From Escherichia phage OES_C-1, in the sequence record PQ553088: 64,000 nt of DNA; one strand, written 5' to 3'. A model generated the notes under the pieces. The model was not told the DNA's origin and searched no databases. It saw only the letters and a program-made list of their open reading frames with translations. This document shows positions 61,702-64,000 of the stretch, in pieces; the stretch's first letter is position 1; the number at the start of each line of letters is the position of its first letter. A program made the position numbers and the translations under genes.

Positions 61702-61703
61702 TT

Positions 61704-62093
61704 TTAATCCAAAATATTATTAGGCATTGGTTGAACACTCACAAGTTCTTTAAAGAACTCAGTAGAGTCAGGCAATTTAACCATTTCCGGAGCATGCTTA
61801 CTGAATTTATGTTTACATTGACGGCATTTATATTCAAGCTCTGGTTTACGCCAGTTAATCAATTGAACTTGTTCAGTACCGCATTCAGGGCAATTAGGAA
61901 CGTTTTTAGAAGCTCTTTCACGTCGTTCAACCATAGCCATAATAGCATCCCATGCTGGAGGTTTAAAATCTAAATCGTCGCAGCCGTGAATCTTTCCACG
62001 CATTTCCATATCATCTTCCTCACCAGCCATAATAATTTTAATTAAACTGGAATTACTTGAAGCTGCAATGTCTTCTAATAAACGCTTTTTCAT
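61704..62093 (-). CDS. hypothetical zinc-ribbon protein
   Basis: 129-aa ORF with CPECG...CRQC. Confidence 0.5.
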
Positions 62094-63016
62094 TTCAATA
62101 CCTCAATAGCATTACGTAAACCATTTGCTTTGGCGGTTAAAGCCTTAAGAACTTTAGTATGCTCTTCAATCTGTTTTTCAACTTCAATCAAACGGGCACT
62201 GAGATATTCGCGTTCTTCTTTCATAGTATCATTTCCATGATTGGATTTTGGTGTAGGTTTAAATTCGCTAGGGTCCTTTAATTTAATAACAAATTTAGTT
62301 TCAAACAGCGAAAGACCATAATTCGTATTATCATCAAAGGATTTGACTACATCCATATCAGATAATAACACGCGTAAATTATAAGCCAAAGAACTAATAG
62401 TTTCATTGTGTTTATTAGCTTCGCGTGGTTTCATATACGGAAGATTTTTATATATCTCGTGCGGAGCGCAAACGATAATTGACAATTCAAATTGTCCATT
62501 CTGGGACGATGGAGTGAATTTAGCCGTAACCCAGTCTTTTACATTCACATTAATAGTACGGTTATCACCATGACAAAACAGTCTACGAGAATGCTTAAAA
62601 AGCATATTCACGTTATTATTGAATTCGTGTGAAAATTCACTAGCAAATTTTTCTTTACTATCTTTAGAAAACCATTCTTCTAAATAAGTTCTTTTCACGT
62701 CGTTAATAATATTAAATGTAACAACACTAGCATTTGATACATTAGTCTCAATGTAGCTTGGATACATAAATTTTTTAACATTATTAACAGCTATCACAGA
62801 AGATAGTAATCGGGAACGTTTGAACCACTCGAGCAAAGAACCAAGAGAATGTGAATACGCATTTTGTGTATCTTTACAAATATGGTTTTCCCATCCAATA
62901 TAGTCTAAAAAATCACGAAGAATATTATTGATTACTGCTCTGTGTCCTATCTGATAATTACGATGTTTAGTAATAAGACTGTCAAAATAATCAATATAAT
63001 GTTTACGAGTTTTCAT
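62090..63016 (-). CDS. hypothetical protein
   Basis: 308-aa ORF ending in a coiled-coil-like tail. Confidence 0.5.
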   Translation of the reverse strand: MKTRKHYIDYFDSLITKHRNYQIGHRAVINNILRDFLDYIGWENHICKDTQNAYSHSLGSLLEWFKRSRLLSSVIAVNNVKKFMYPSYIETNVSNASVVTFNIINDVKRTYLEEWFSKDSKEKFASEFSHEFNNNVNMLFKHSRRLFCHGDNRTINVNVKDWVTAKFTPSSQNGQFELSIIVCAPHEIYKNLPYMKPREANKHNETISSLAYNLRVLLSDMDVVKSFDDNTNYGLSLFETKFVIKLKDPSEFKPTPKSNHGNDTMKEEREYLSARLIEVEKQIEEHTKVLKALTAKANGLRNAIEVLK

Positions 63017-63068
63017 GTTCTTCTCACTTGGTTAATGATTTATACTCCGAGCCATCCTTGGCTTTAAA

Positions 63069-64000
63069 TTACTTAATTAACTGTAAAGCTTGTTCAAGAC
63101 GATCCAGGCGATTAACAGATTCTTCCCAAATCCTTTTAGCCTGCTCATATTCTTTCTGTGCTTTATTAGAAATTTCTAGAACTTCTTTATAAGCTTTTTC
63201 TAGTGCAATAACTTCTGGACGAATTTCTACCGGTTCAAGTGAATCATCAAGACATTCCATTAGTTCCTCAAGGGTAGTTTCTTCTTTAGGAGTATTCACA
63301 ATTTCATCACATTTTTGTTGGTAAATTTCTTTATCAGTCGGTGAGTACGCGCACTTTACTTCACGGAGACTAACTACAATTTTATATCCTTCCCAACCGC
63401 ACATATTCTTAAAAGGATAAGTATGAATATTTTCTACCGTTTCCATACAAAGTAATGCAGTCTCTAATTGACGAGTTATATCACTAGCAATTGAGAAAAA
63501 TTTATTAATGTTCTTTTGATTAGCTTCTGGTGTAAAAAATCCATAATTCACAAAAATAGCTGCTTTATTTTTATCAAGTTCATATTCTTTTATGATAATC
63601 ATGTCAGAAGCCCAAGGATGAATTTGACGATAATCACCATAGCATAATTTAGAAGCTGATTTTAGAATTTGCTTTTTGAAAAGTCTGAAATTACTAATCC
63701 AACGACGAGTAAAAATATTCTCAGGGTCTTCTTTATTATTAAGATGATAAGAATTAACATCACCGAACCAATTATATCCTACTACATCTTTGGTTCGTTT
63801 AATTTCTTTCCCAAAATTACCAAGAATATCCTGATTAACTAAATATGAAAGAAGACGAGAACCTTTAAAGGTTTCCTTAATATCACCTTTATCTTCGCGA
63901 CTAGAAATTTTATGAACTTCATGAATAAATTTGCTGGAAGAAACAATGCTTACATCAATATTATTGAGCCATTGATTGATAATGGAAATAACATTATTCT
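63069..64000 (-). CDS. hypothetical protein, 5' end outside window
   Basis: The frame of track ORF 63069..63602 stays open with no stop from 63603 to the window edge (133 codons), so the gene almost certainly starts beyond nt 64000. Confidence 0.5.
   Translation of the reverse strand, partial: NNVISIINQWLNNIDVSIVSSSKFIHEVHKISSREDKGDIKETFKGSRLLSYLVNQDILGNFGKEIKRTKDVVGYNWFGDVNSYHLNNKEDPENIFTRRWISNFRLFKKQILKSASKLCYGDYRQIHPWASDMIIIKEYELDKNKAAIFVNYGFFTPEANQKNINKFFSIASDITRQLETALLCMETVENIHTYPFKNMCGWEGYKIVVSLREVKCAYSPTDKEIYQQKCDEIVNTPKEETTLEELMECLDDSLEPVEIRPEVIALEKAYKEVLEISNKAQKEYEQAKRIWEESVNRLDRLEQALQLIK

Overview
This window is a densely coding segment of a T4-like (T-even, Tevenvirinae) coliphage genome, of the T2/T6 type rather than T4 itself. 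All gene identifications rest on motifs read in the translations plus remembered T4 gene order and protein lengths; no database search or alignment was run. Positions 1-6124 carry plus-strand late genes: tail-fibre genes 35 (partial), 36, 37, 38 and holin t. Positions 6125-64000 are almost entirely minus-strand early/middle genes in the classic T-even order: asiA, arn, motA, 52, ac, stp, ndd, denB, rIIB, rIIA, 39, goF/cef/motB, dexA, dda, srd, modA, modB, soc, 56, dam, 61, sp, dmd, 41, 40, uvsX, 42, imm, 43, regA, 62, 44, 45, rpbA, 46, 47, alpha-gt, 55, nrdH, nrdG, nrdD, 49, pin, nrdC, interleaved with about 50 small accessory ORFs. Regulatory punctuation is visible throughout: T4-type early promoters (GTTTAC -35, TATAAT-like -10), MotA-box middle promoters, TATAAATA late promoters and C(UUCG)G tetraloop hairpins. 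Differences from T4 sensu stricto are a glycine-rich gp38 adhesin, a single fused topoisomerase gene 39 with no gene-60 bypass, a different glycosyltransferase at the beta-gt locus, two free-standing GIY-YIG homing endonucleases, an intron-less nrdD, and an extra module between dam and primase 61. That module, a PD-(D/E)xK nuclease-like ORF translationally coupled to dam plus a divergent small membrane ORF, is the best candidate for something undescribed, but the call is tentative. No rRNA, tRNA or CRISPR array was seen.
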